A stretch of DNA of 64,000 nt from Octopus vulgaris (GCA_951406725.2 OX597821.1:27094001-27158000); one strand, 5' to 3'; shown: positions 41,803 through 55,873, counted from the stretch's first letter. Notes: generated from the sequence alone by a model not told the origin. Made by a program: numbers and translations.

Positions 41803-41923
41803 TGTATGTATGTATGTATGTATGTATGTATGTATGTATGTATGTATAAAAGGTATGTGTGTGTATATATGTATATATATATATATATATATCTATATCT
41901 ATATCTATATCTATATATATATG

Positions 41924-41979
<56 letters not shown>

Positions 41980-42038
41980 CATATATATATATGTTTATAG
42001 ATGAATATATATATATATATTCATATAATACATACATG

Positions 42039-42094
<56 letters not shown>

Positions 42095-42656
42095 AAAACA
42101 ACATTTAATTTGTTTTTCTTTAAATTGAACACATTACATAGCACGCTGATATTTTCTCATCTACTTTTTGTTTGTTAAACTGAATCTAGAACTACAGTAA
42201 TTGAATGGAATATTACCAATTAGCAAGCTATTGTTATATAGTTTCTTAATAAAAGCCATATGATATTTCTTTACATTTTACGTTCAATCATTTATGAATT
42301 CGTCAACATTTTTGAAAGAATTTTTTTTTCTTGCGAACGGGTAAATACCACAATTTTCCTTTGTATTTTAATTTTAGATTATATTAATACATTTTCAGAA
42401 TTATTCAATATTATATTTACTGTTCCATCTAATGTCATAAGATTTTTGGTTTTATTTAAGGAAATGCATTGTGTACATTTATATTTATATCGTAAGTTAC
42501 TTACAGTTATATATGTATTCATTATGTTTCAATCATTTGTGTTTCCTCATCATCTAAATTAATTGATTTCGAAATAATCTTGCTGAGCAACATATTTGAA
42601 ACATGCCATGTCCGTCTGTATCACTCTCCCTCCCTTTCCCTCTCTCTCTATATATA

Positions 42657-43892
42657 CAGGACTTGGACAAATTAATAAAAACACCTTAAAATTTCAAACA
42701 AATGTATTTTAATATGAGATAGGACCGTCTTTGGCAGTAATTACAACTTGAATTCTACGAGGTATGGACTCGTGCAAAGTTTGAATTGTTTCCAAAGGAA
42801 TTTTTGTCCATTCCTCAGCTAAAACAACCTCCAGTTCTTGTAGTGATTATGGTGGGGGATATCGACTCCTTACTTGTTTTTCTAAAATGCACCATACATG
42901 TTCAATAATATTGAGATCTGGGGACTGTGGTAGATAAGATGTTCAACTTTACTAGAATGTTCCTCATGCCATTCAGTTACAACTTTAGCTGTGTGAATTG
43001 GTGCATTATCATCCTGGAAGATTGCGCTTGCCTCTGGAAACAGTTTCGCAACCATAGGATGAATTTGATCAAATAAAATGCTTAAATAGCCTTCACTATT
43101 AATTCTGTCATGAAGGGAAACCATTGGGCCGGTGGATTTCCAAGATATAGAGCCCACCCACCGATCATCACAGATCCTCTTCCCTGTTTAACCGTTGGAA
43201 GAGAACCGTCTGGGTCAAATGCTTCTTTTGGCTGTCTCCACACGTATACTCGGCCAGTGGTCGGAAATAAGGTAAGAGATGACACGTCCGAGAAAATAAC
43301 ATTTTCCCACTGCTCTAAGGACAATTCTGTAGGTTTTTACTCCACTCTTTGCAACGTTTGTTTTTGAAAGTGGTGGTTTTCTGAATGCAGCCCTCCCGTG
43401 AAATTCGGCTTTGAGCAGCTGCCGTCGAACAGTTGTTGTGGTAACTAGATTTTCGAGGTGGTCATTAAGCTCAGCAATAATTTTGGGAGCTGTACTTTTG
43501 TAATCCTTTCTAACAATTCGCGTAAGAGTCCGACGGTCCCTATCTGAAAGTTTTGTTTTTCTTCAGGAGATTTGTTTCGACGAGGAGGTTTTCCCCCTTT
43601 CTCAAAGGCTGTCATTACTTTCGATACAGTAATTTTTTATACACCAAACATTTCGGCTGTTTTCGCTACGCTAGCGCCTGTCATACGAGCACCAACAATT
43701 TGAACTCTTTGAATTTTATTTACCTTTTTTTATGATATCTGAAAAGAAAAAGCAATTTTATCAAAGCATATTAAGCAACACTAATAATAAATAAAAAAAA
43801 TATAAAAATACTCAAGTTTTGACGGTTTTATAGATATTTCAAAATTATGATGCTATGATGCTAGGTGTTGCCATTATCTTGTCCAAATCCTG
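42657..43892 (-). mobile_element. Degenerate Tc1-family transposon
   Basis: TIRs CAGGACTTGGACAA..ACACC / GGTGTT..TTGTCCAAATCCTG with TA flanks. Minus fragments WENVIFSD..GRVYVWR..PTVKQGRGSVM and FQDDNAPIHTAK. Confidence 0.9.
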
Positions 43893-43906
43893 TATATATA
43901 TTCTTA

Positions 43907-44103
43907 TACTTGTTTCAGTCATTTGACGGCAGTCATGCTGCATCACCGCCTTAAAGGTTATTTTAGTCGAAGAAATCGACCACAGGACTTATTCTTTCTA
44001 AACCTAATTCTAATTCTATCATTCACTATCACCGATCCGCTAGGCTACAGGGACGTAACACCGGCTATTAAGCGATGGTGGGTGGGGTAAAACATAGGCA
44101 CAA

Positions 44104-44186
<83 letters not shown>

Positions 44187-44330
44187 AATATATATATATA
44201 TTTACGACGGGCTTCTTTCTATATGGGCTTGTTTCTGTCTATAGTACAAGACACGCTATAGTAGAAGACTTGCAGTGGGACTGAACGCAGAACCTTTTGG
44301 TTGGGAAGCGTGACTTCTTACCATGCAGCC
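43907..44330 (-). mobile_element. Degraded family A SINE with internal (CA)n
   Basis: cttgtttcagtcatttgac..catgctgcatcaccgcc (tail) to gcagtgggactgaac..ttaccatgcagcc (head). Confidence 0.7.
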
Positions 44331-44529
44331 AAATATATGTATATGCATATATTTATATACGCATATATGTTTGTACGTGTATCATTAAAGAAAATACTAT
44401 TCTTATTCCGTTATTTGACTGAGTGTTAAAATCGGTAGAACATCAGGAAGAATATTTTCTTTTGTAACAGTATCGTAAGCACGTGATTGCATCATCCATA
44501 CTCTCAACAATGCGCCCTTAAATATGGTT

Positions 44530-45095
44530 TCTGATTTCAAATATCTTGGGTCATGCGTATCATCATCTGGAAAAGATTTTCTAACTATGGCTTGGTCAGC
44601 CTGTAATGACATGCATAAGATCTGGTTATCAAATCTAAGTAGAGACTTCAAACTTGAAATCTTCAAAGCCACAGTCGAACCAATTCTACTATATGGCTCA
44701 TAAAACTGGACGTTATCAAAGACGCTTGAGAGGCGGTTGGATGGAACCTACACTCGCCTCCTTATGAGAGCTCAAAATCTCTCGTAGAAGCGTCATCCAA
44801 TCAAAATGCAAATATATGGGAAACTACCACCTGTGTCATCGCTTGTGAAAGGTAGGAGAGTCCAGTTTGCTGGACATTGTTGTAGAGCTGAAAACGAGGC
44901 AATTTCTACTCTTCTCCTCTGGAAACAATCTACTTACAATACCAGAGGGCGCACACTGTCCTACCCTGATGTAATCTCCAGGGATACAGGCATCCAGCAA
45001 CAGGACCTCCGTAATGCTATGATGAACCGTGAAGTCTGGCGTAGCATGGTAAATTCCATTGTCTCGACCAATGTCGAAAAATGATGATGATGAAG
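44530..45095 (+). mobile_element. RTE-clade LINE 3' fragment with (TGA)n tail
   Basis: Translation FKYLGS..AWSACNDMHKIW..IFKATVEPILLYGS*NW..RLDGTYTRLLMRA..RRVQFAGHC..AMMNREVWR contains in-frame stops, then tgatgatgatga. Confidence 0.8.
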
Positions 45096-45770
45096 CACGT
45101 CGGAAAAAATGCCTAGCAGTATTTCCACCCTCTTCACTTCCGGAGTTTAATTTCCGTTTTACATTTTTTTCATCAAAGTATATGTCAAGTACTGCAGCTG
45201 AACGTATCAAGTAACCTCTTATCATACAGAGTATGTGCGAAATGTAGACAGCTTTGTAGCTCGAAAGGATGAACGATAAAGGTGTTGTCGACAGAATTTG
45301 AACCATTTCCATTCTGAGTTTAAATGCCGACTAGGTGTGAGTAACATTTGATTACTGGGGTCAAAATATGAAACATAATCCTCGTTCATCTGTGTGTATT
45401 CATTTGATTCTGTCCTGCAAGACATGTGTATGTTGGAAGGGTAATTTGTATTAAATTTCAGTCACACGTTAAGTTTGTGGTTTCTCGTCTTTAGTCATAT
45501 TTATTCTTTCCCTTGAAATCTTTTGATACGCTACTCTTGCGTCCTTCTGAGGCGAGTTTGCATTGAAATTAGTTTTAGGAATGAACATTGTAGTAGAAGC
45601 ACTACAAAAATCTACCGGTGAAGCAATATAATAATATAATATAAGGTAATAGAACGGAAAAGAATATTATACAAATATAGAGGGTGAGGGACGGTTGTGT
45701 GTTAAGAAATATACATTCCCACCACATTGCTTTTGCTTCAGTCTCTCTCCGTGGGAAATTAACTACTTAA

Positions 45771-46134
45771 GAGATGAGAGCAGTAACTACTCAGAGAATT
45801 AATACTTGTCGCTACTTAAACCTGGCTATTTCGTAGGAATCGATGCTACTGCTTTTTTTAAAACCCCGCAAGGACACCTCTTGCAGTTATCTCTAGCAGG
45901 CGATTATCCATTACCGAAAATGAGCACAAAGATGTAGAAAACTTACGGTCTGGTGACATTGGAGGGATTCAGCCCCCTGCTTGCATTATATATTGGCTGT
46001 AAATGGTATCGAATAACCAACTGAAGGAGGTGTCCTCCTGGGGTTAAAATTAGCAATGTCAGTGGTTCCTACTGACCAGTCATGCTTAAGTGGTAACAAG
46101 CATTAATTCTCTCAATAGCTACTGCTCTCATCTC
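45771..46134. mobile_element. TTAA-flanked MITE with long imperfect TIRs (Kolobok-like)
   Basis: TTAA|GAGATGAGAGCAGTAACTA...TAGCTACTGCTCTCATCTC|TTAA. Inner arms aaccccgcaaggacacctcttgcagtt / aactgaaggaggtgtcctcctggggtt. Confidence 0.8.
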
Positions 46135-46154
46135 TTAAATAGCTAATTTGCTTG

Positions 46155-46225
<71 letters not shown>

Positions 46226-46253
46226 TATGTATATATACATATATATGTATATA

Positions 46254-46351
<98 letters not shown>

Positions 46352-46620
46352 TTAATAAGGGTGAGAGAATTAGATACTAATTTAATAGTATATTTATTCC
46401 ACACCAAGTGGCCTAGTGCTACGAGAAACCTGGATTATTATAATATTTTATAACATATTATAATATTTTCACAAAATAAATATAAGAGAGTGTTCACTAT
46501 ATTGATCACTCTAGCACCAGTTAATCCAAGAGGTTTCAACCACGAAAAATACATGTTTCCATGAAAGCCGGTACGACTGTTAGCTCACACGGACAGGGCA
46601 AATAAAAAATAACAAAAATA

Positions 46621-46714
46621 CAGATTATTTTGGGACAATTGTTTCGCTATTAATGAATTAAATGTAATATTACTTACAGTAATCCATTTGTAGCTCTTCA
46701 GCCAAGACTATCTG
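46621..46714 (-). ncRNA. Type I hammerhead ribozyme, copy 1
   Basis: Minus strand cagatagtcttgg-CTGAAGA-gcta..tagc-GAAA-caattg-TC-ccaaaataatctg. GUC cleavage predicted between 46634 and 46633. Confidence 0.85.
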
Positions 46715-47155
46715 GATGAAATCCACTCAATCACACGCCAGATTTTACCATAACGATAAATACGCGTGCGGTTCAATTGATTACATCGGACGTTATAATT
46801 CAAATGCCCCAACCAACAGCGCGCCAAACTCTCACGGAAAACAAATACAGCATTTAGAAATAAATGCAGCATAATTATAATTAATTAATAAGGGTGAGAG
46901 AATTAGATACTAATTTAATAGTATATTTATTCCACACCAAGTGGCCTAGTGCTACGAGAAACCTGGATTATTATAATATTTTATAACATATTATAATATT
47001 TTCACAAAATAAATATAAGAGAGTGTTCACTATATTGATCACTCTAGCACCAGTTAATCCAAGAGGTTTCAACCACGAAAAAATACATGTTTCCCATGAA
47101 AGCCGGTACGACTGTTAGCTCACACGGACAGGGCAAATAAAAAATAACAAAAATA

Positions 47156-47249
47156 CAGATTATTTTGGGACAATTGTTTCGCTATTAATGAATTAAATGT
47201 AATATTACTTACAGTAATCCATTTGTAGCTCTTCAGCCAAGACTATCTG
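47156..47249 (-). ncRNA. Type I hammerhead ribozyme, copy 2
   Basis: Identical to copy 1. Cleavage at 47169/47168. Confidence 0.85.
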
Positions 47250-47689
47250 GATGAAATCCACTCAATCACACGCCAGATTTTACCATAACGATAAATACGC
47301 GTGCGGTTCAATTGATTACATCGGACGTTATAATTCAAATGCCCCAACCAACAGCGCGCCAAACTCTCACGGAAAACAAATACAGCATTTAGAAATAAAT
47401 GCAGCATAATTATAATTAATTAATAAGGGTGAGAGAATTAGATACTAATTTAATAGTATATTTATTCCACACCAAGTGGCCTAGTGCTACGAGAAACCTG
47501 GATTATTATAATATTTTATAACATATTATAATATTTTCACAAAATAAATATAAGAGAGTGTTCACTATATTGATCACTCTAGCACCAGTTAATCCAAGAG
47601 GTTTCAACCACGAAAAATACATGTTTCCCATGAAAGCCGGTACGACTGTTAGCTCACACGGACAGGGCAAATAAAAAATAACAAAAATA

Positions 47690-47783
47690 CAGATTATTTT
47701 GGGACAATTGTTTCGCTATTAATGAATTAAATGTAATATTACTTACAGTAATCCATTTGTAGCTCTTCAGCCAAGACTATCTG
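47690..47783 (-). ncRNA. Type I hammerhead ribozyme, copy 3
   Basis: Identical to copy 1. Cleavage at 47703/47702. Confidence 0.85.
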
Positions 47784-48255
47784 GATGAAATCCACTCAAT
47801 CACACGCCAGATTTTACCATAACGATAAATACGCGTGCGGTTCAATTGATTACATCGGACGTTATAATTCAAATGCCCCAACCAACAGCGCGCCAAACTC
47901 TCACGGAAAACAAATACAGCATTTAGAAATAAATGCAGCATAATTATAATTAATTAATAAGGGTGAGAGAATTAGATACTAATTTAATAGTATATTTATT
48001 CCACACCAAGTGGCCTAGTGCTACGAGAAATATATATATATATATATGTGTGCGTATGTGGATGTGTCCGGCTGTTTCTCTGTCTGTGTGTTCGTGTTTG
48101 TCCACCACCATGCCCTGACAACCAGTGTTGATGTGTTTACATCATCATAACCCAGCAAAGGAAACCAATAGAACAAGTACAACGCTTTAAAAAATAAAAA
48201 TAAATATCAGTAACACGTGTTTCGGCAGTCCAATAATTGAAAGAGAGATAAAAGA

Positions 48256-48309
<54 letters not shown>

Positions 48310-48358
48310 TGTCTTATGTATACACACGCACACACACACTCTCTGTCACACACACACA

Positions 48359-48406
<48 letters not shown>

Positions 48407-48477
48407 ATATATATATACTGTGTCGTAATGCATCTAGTGTAAATACGGCTCCCCATATGTAATGATATAATGATGTA

Positions 48478-49574
48478 CACTTAGAACCACGGAAACATCG
48501 TAGGAGTGAAATTTTAAGATTTCCCGGTTTTGATAAATCTTTACCCAGCAACACCATTGTTATGTTCTGTGTTACATCACTTCTTTCTCTTTCAGATTCT
48601 TCAGTTTTTGGGTGAACCACGCTAAGAACGTCACTCATCTCTAAGAATAATAGGACGTGGAAAAGGACTTAAACGATGAAGAAAAGTCTGTCATCATCAA
48701 GGAATGTGCTTAAGGTACCTCTCTTGATGTCATTACAGAGAAGTTAGGTCGTCATGTGGACATGGTAAGGCGTTTCCTGATGGACCATTCGCCAAGGAAA
48801 AACCGATCTGATTGTGAGACCCCCAAGACTGTTACAGCTGAGAATTTAAGGGATATTGGCCGCAAGATACGTGGAAAACCTGGACAAACAAGCAAAGCAC
48901 TTTTCCACGCCTCTGGACTTCCTCATGTAACGAAAACACCAGAAATTGCTTCCGTGCGATGAACCCTGAAACTGCCTCCTTTAACGCACCATAATAGGTG
49001 TTTGAGGCTTCAATGGGCTCAAAACTACATTTCATTAGACATGAGTTGTGTTCTGTTCACTGACGAAACCAGAGCAACTTTCGACAGACCTGACAGTTGG
49101 GTAAATAGCTGGACCTATTTTGAAGATGAGCTTCACCAACATCTTCGACGTCAACAGAAGCGTGGGGAATCATGTTGGGGACTGGCATCATTGGGGACAG
49201 ACTTGTTGGCCCAGTCAATGTGACTGCAGCCAACTCATGAAAGAGGTCATAGATCCCTGGCTAGCTGACATACTGCTTGTCACGTTTAAGGAATCTCGTA
49301 TTCTTGCTCTCTCCCACTCTGCAAGGACCACTCAAAAATTCTTACGGCATACAAATAGATGGGCTATTTTCATTTAAAAGCTATTAGCGTGGTTCAGCCA
49401 CATACTGAAGACTCTGAAATTAAAAAATAAAGTACGTTACATTGTATAATGAAAACATAACAATGGTGTTGCCATAGTGAGCAAACCAGCTGAGAATAGT
49501 TTTATCAAAACCGATTCAAAGAAAACGGAAAAATTCTAAATTTCACTCTTAAGCTATTAGAGTAGTTCTGAGAG
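48478..49574 (+). mobile_element. Degenerate Tc1-family transposon
   Basis: Imperfect TIRs (TA|CACTTAGAACCAC..GAGTGAAATTT / AAATTTCACTC..GTAGTTCTGAGAG|TA). Fragments of HTH (LGRHVDMVRRFL) and RLQWAQNY..VLFTDETR. Confidence 0.8.
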
Positions 49575-49601
49575 TATATGCCTGCGCCCATCTATGCATT
49601 T

Positions 49602-49682
<81 letters not shown>

Positions 49683-49722
49683 TATATACACATATATATG
49701 TATATATATATACATATATATA

Positions 49723-50063
49723 AAGGGGTAAAGACCCCCTTCGGTCATGAATGACCATGGGATTGCACCTAGAAAGTTACCCTCCTAGACACAAGTCCGG
49801 GCAAGGTTGTTTATGGAAGACCAGCAGTCGCCCATGCATACCAGCCTCCCTCTCCACGCCACCAGTGTTATCCAAGGGAAAGACAAAGGTCGATACAGCT
49901 TGGCACCAGTGACGTCGCAACTCATTTCTACAGCTGAGTGAACTGGAGCAACGTGAAAATAAAGTGCCTTGCTCAAGAACACAACACGCAGCCCGGTCCG
50001 GGATTCGAGCTCACAACCTCACGATCGTAAGCTCGACGCTCTAACCACTGAGCCATGCGCCTT
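49723..50063 (-). mobile_element. tRNA-derived SINE (family C-related head, RTE-like 3' tail)
   Basis: Minus head aaggcgcatggctcagtggttagagcgtcgagcttacgatcgtgaggttgtgagctcgaatccc. Tail cccatggtcattcatgaccgaagggggtc. Confidence 0.8.
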
Positions 50064-50799
50064 ATATATATATACATATCTATATGTATGTATATATATA
50101 TACATATATACATGTATGTATATATACATATATATATATATGCATACATACGTACGTTTGCATGGATTTATGTATGTGTATGCGCGCGTGCGTGCTTCTG
50201 TATGTTGTGCATGATTGTATTTAGCCCGATTTACTAAACTATTGGATTCTATATTTCACATTTCATCTGTATAAGCTTCCGGAGCAGATTCACCGGAATA
50301 TATTAATTTGATTGTTAAATTATCATTAGCAATGCATACGCATCACAAGGACAAATTTAGAAAAAGGTTTTATTAAACTGTACAAATAATTTGATTGGAC
50401 GATTACAAAAGTCTCGCAGCTTTACACAGTCGTTGTTTCATAAATATGGTTACAATCCTTGACATTATCAATTGAATATGGAATAATATAAAGCTATACT
50501 ATGATGATGATGACACAACCGCCAGGCATCTTAAGTATTATTCGAAGAATATGGAGGTTCGTCTTTATGCGTTTTCAATAATTTAACCATTTTAAAATTA
50601 AAATAATGATGCCTTGAGAAACGATGCTTTTATAGAGAATACTTATTACGTAAGAATTAACCTGAACAATTTCAAGCGACACAAGTTTCCAATATGTTAG
50701 CTCTACCGTAAAGCACTCTATTTAATTAAGAAGTAATATAGCCAAAACTCTTTTAAAATTAAAATACATTCTGCTAAAAGACATGTCTATCGCAAGATA

Positions 50800-51194
50800 T
50801 CTTTATATATAAAAGTGAAGTTGTGTGTCTGTCTCCTACGATTTAGATTCGTAACTACTCCCACATTTTGCGGTTCAGTTTAACCAAAACCGGGTATCTT
50901 ATAGTCGTGATTCATATCGAGCCCTTCTGCGTATTAGCGCGCGTCTACGATGAGTCTACGATTAAAAAAAAACATTACCATAATTTTTTCCATTTTAATG
51001 CATTTTCTCGCTATTATATAAGGAAAGTAGCTCTCTAAAAATGTCTACGATGAGTCAACGATTTAAAAAAAAATTTACCATAATTTTTTTTCCATTTTTA
51101 ATGCATTTTTTGCTATTTTTGGCTATAACTCTCTAAAAATGCTTATATAGTTATTTCCCTTACAAACCCGGGCAAAGCCGAACGATACTGCTAG
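50800..51194 (+). mobile_element. Non-autonomous Helitron-like element
   Basis: A|TC(TTTATATATAAAA) 5' end, subterminal GC-rich hairpin (ccgggcaaagccg), CTAG|T 3' end, no TSD. Internal ~65-bp duplication at ~50944 and ~51043. Confidence 0.7.
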
Positions 51195-54100
51195 TTTGAT
51201 CTAAATTTCAATTAGAAAATCAAATAAGCACACACACGCATGCACCCAAGCATGCACGTACGCACACCCGTACACACGTACACACACATGCGTATATAAA
51301 AAAAAAGATGGCCGCCAACCTCAGTCGAGCATATGTCTTACGTTTGCTATTTTTTGAAACGCCCATGAAGCTGAGATGAGTCAGCGATTCTTCTTGGTTT
51401 TCTCATAGCTGCTGCTGCAGGATATCTAATGTGTGACGGAGAGCTGGCTCTACACTGAGGGATCTATTAGTCTGAAATGTTGAAGGACAAAAGTTGACTT
51501 TGAACGGATTTGAACTCATAACTTTAATAACCGGAACAAACGTCACAACACGTTCTGTCCGACACGCTACCGCCTCTTCGCATAAACAACGTTACACGCG
51601 CATGCGTAAACATACACGCACCCGTGTATATATTTTGTATACAAAACTATTTTCGAGTTTTACATGTACAAGGCGTTTCTCAGTTCTGTAGAATCTATAT
51701 TTAAAGATTTCCTTGCTTTTGGGCAAACTACACCTAAAAAGTGGAATGAGGTGAATCGGAACGGAACTGTCATATCTTCACATTTGTTTTAAAGACATAC
51801 TATACTTATTGTAAAATATATTTCAGGTCAAAAGCATTCGTTTAAAGAGATTTTAACAAAGATCAATGCTTCTTACTTTTTAAAAATATATTTAGGACTG
51901 CATTATCTAATGTATCCTCCTTATTCTTAAGGCAATAGCGTTTGATTTGAACAAGATTTGGCTCTATTTGAGGCCGGCTGAATAAATGTTGTAGACACTG
52001 CTTTAGTGCAGGCTAATGTAATTTTTAACGGCATGGTGCGTTAAATGTTTCCCGTGATAAAGTACTATCTCTTATCAAGAATAGGATCGATATATAGAAC
52101 GTGAAAGTGATACCAAGTACAGTCAGGATTTCCAGAAAGCGTTCCATTTTTTACTGAGCTATGTCTCATAATTATCTTCATATTATTTGAAATATTTCAA
52201 ATCATATACAAGAATTATTCAAATATAGCGTCCTGGTTAAACTGCGGCCCGCAGGACTTCCTGAATGGAAAACCGAAGAAAATTTACCCTGAATATTTTA
52301 GTATTGCGACCCGCCTGATGATGATGAGCTATGTCATTTGTAGTCCTGTACTCGAAAAAGGTTGTCATGCCTGATATATACGTTCCGTCACATTTTATTT
52401 AAATTACAATAACACTTCATTTCATTACCTGAATATTTAAAGGGCAAAGGGTAGCTTGAATTATGAGAGGTTTTATGCCTCACTCGAATAATACAGTACC
52501 CTAGTATACACCTAAGGTTATAATCAATCAAGTAAACTAATTATTTTATGTTTTCTGTATAATAATATGATCAAAATTATTTCAGTTACTAGAGGGTAGT
52601 TCACTGTTATATAAAAGAACGGGAATTAATACTTCACATTTTATTTTAGTTTTGCGTTTTCAATTCAGATTGCACACAGGCTTAATTTACCTTCCAGTAA
52701 TTGAGTTTTTAATTAAATAAGTAGAAATAATATTGAATGATAATTTATTCAATTGTCTATACACACTGAACTACAAATACTGGCATTGTTCATTGTAAAA
52801 TTTAATCAATAATGTACAATTTTATTTTTAAAAAATGAAAGCAGTAGCTCTCTTTAAGCTGTGCTCTACCGTAAAAAGTTAAGATCGATCGATCAATCAA
52901 TCAATTTATTTATTTTCACAGTACCATAATGACTCGTCGCTTGCTAATGACTTGTTCTTTGGCTTAATAAGAGATATGTTATTCAACTTTCGACAGTTTG
53001 TTCTATGTTACAAATGATGTTTCATCTTTAGAACAATCACGGCTCAACGTCACCATCAACACTATCCACCAGTCACAAACAACCTACAACACCAACATTG
53101 CAAATTCCATCGCTATTATCATTAGTGTCAAAGAACATTGGCAACAGAATTGCAAACTAAGTGAACATCACTACCAACAAAAGCTACTCGTATTTTGGAG
53201 TAGCAACATCACTAACACTATATTTTACTACTAAATTTTACCTAGAACAATATCGTCGCCAAAAGATTGCTACTATATTTTAGTACAATACTATTATTAG
53301 TAATAGCACCACCAACACAACCAACACCTCCAACAAGAGCAAAACCAACACTACAGTTTACCACTATACTAATAACATCAATAACAACGAGGCAGCACTT
53401 CCTAATCCACCACCACCATTTACTACCATCAGTATACCACCATTATCAATAACAACGCCGCTTCCACCTACCGCTTGTCTTTACTCATATTTGTAACATC
53501 GAGATCACTCTTACATGGTAACCCAATCTGCTAGAAATACCAGCCAAATCTACTTCAAAGCACACTCTAAGGTTTGGAATCAGTGTTTATCTACCAGTCT
53601 TTGCTTATGGACCTATTTGACTTGTATTTTACTCCCCTGGACCCCCATACCTATTCGATGTTTTAAAAAACTACATCATATTTCTGTAATTAGATATTAG
53701 GAATTAATATGAGAAAATAAAAAAAAAAATGTTTGGGTTTTTCAGAAATATAACCAGTTTATCGCACGAAAACTTTAACAGCAAAATCATATATGAACAC
53801 CCAGTGGTCATGCGGACCTCCAAGGATCATGTGAACCCTTGTTTTAAATAAAGAAGGTCTTAGATAATGTACTCCTACATATCACTAGTAAAGAATGTGA
53901 ACCATTGCTCCATTTTCACAACACTATCAGCATCAGTGTAACTATCACCATGACTAACTTTGACATTTGTCACAAGCCGTCACAATATAGCATTTTACAC
54001 CCTTGTAACATAACCACCATTCCCACAACTAACATCTTCGTTTGATAATACTTCAACAAACATCGCTGTACTTAGAAGACAACAAAAAACCCAAACGACC

Positions 54101-55571
54101 ATCACCAATGCCATCACTACCGGCGCCAACACCACTACAGACATCGTCACTAAAACTACTGAAATAAAAGTCCAAATCTTCCTCATTAGCAGACATTCCT
54201 AACATAACGACCGAAACAAAAAGAAAAAAGAAATTCTACCACTATCGCTGCTGCTGCTGCTGCTGATGATGATGATGATGTCGTCGCTGCTGCTGATTCT
54301 CCTACTTCGTGTATCCATTTCAAAATGTTCGTATCTCTAAAGGTCATACACATTTTATATAAGAAGACATTATTCTATTATGTTTACAGACAAGCTTATT
54401 GTCCAGAGTTAGCGCAAAACTACTGAGGCAACGAATTTGAATGAGGACTATGGTTTGTAAGTACAATGTGTTTAATTTTTAATTGACAACGATTTCAACA
54501 ACTCTGTTTTTACCAAGAACCTATTTATATAGATTCCAGGAACGGAATCAAATATACCAAATGAAACGAAGCAACTTAACAAACAAGCACGAAACGAAGA
54601 ATGGACAAAAGCAAATACGAATCAATTATAACTAGCGAAAAGAAGCTAACGAAGAGAAGAAAAAATATTAAGAAATCAATTAAATTTCGCACTTACAGTA
54701 AAAACAGTCATTACCTGAGTTTTCTATTGAAAAAAATTGATGCAAAAAATACAGACCAACATCGCAACTAAAAATCAAAATGAAGAAAAAAATATTATGT
54801 TAAAATACTGAAGTGAGATCGAAGTAGATAGAAAGTCTCTTTATATTTCTTATCAAATAATGAGTATGAATTTTTGATTTATAACACTTATTACTGACTG
54901 ATGTTTCCGGTTTATTCACGAATGAATCTATTCCGAGTTCTCGTTAAACAAACTTTCAAACACAATTATTTTTTGAAACTTTGTTGTTCTATTCATACTA
55001 AACAAGCAAAGAACCAAAACAAAAAAAAAAGAGAGAAAAACAAACCGAAAATGGAATATTTCTTAGGTGAAACTCGAGGAAGAAATTAGCATAGCTTCAA
55101 TAAACTAAGAAAACACACACGCACACATACAGGCACACACAACGCGCACACGCACACACAGAGGCATCCACACTCACACAGAAGCATACACGCATACAAC
55201 GACATTGGTGATTAATAACACATCCGTGCAATGGCAACATATAGCAACATATTTGTGATATCATTTTAAACAAGTGTTAAATAGAACGTCGACTAATGAT
55301 TGCGTATTTGTTGAGTAGGAAATTCCGATATCTGCATTTATTATCGATTTTCTGTTTTTATTATTCCGATTATTCGACATATCACCAATCATGTTTTACA
55401 TGCTACGACTTTGGCCATAATCTGAAGTCTAAAGATGGATATGTATGATTTTTCTAATAATGTCATTTCTGATCTTCCAGTAACTTTTTTGCTATATGAC
55501 TTCTCTTTTCTTCCCAACGACACGGACACATGCACACACACACACACACACACAAACACGCGCACACACAA

Positions 55572-55651
<80 letters not shown>

Positions 55652-55656
55652 GTCTG

Positions 55657-55712
<56 letters not shown>

Positions 55713-55765
55713 CCTACCTACCTACCTATCTATCTACCTACCTACCTACCTACCTAGCTACCTAC

Positions 55766-55796
<31 letters not shown>

Positions 55797-55873
55797 CCTA
55801 CCTACCTACCTACCTATCTATCTATCTATCTACCAACCTACCTACCTATCTACCTACCTACCTACCTACCTAC

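Larger units (their letters stand above)
46346..48030 (-). repeat. ~534-bp tandem repeat x3.15 with one hammerhead ribozyme per unit (retrozyme / Penelope pLTR-like array), between (TA)n tracts
   Basis: gggtgagagaatt recurs at 46359, 46892, 47427 and 47961. The only unit differences I see are homopolymer lengths. Confidence 0.92.

Noticed and set aside
53040-54300. Thr/His/Asn-rich mucin-like reading frames
   Set aside because: Decayed (ACC/AAC/ATC)n low-complexity sequence with many stops.
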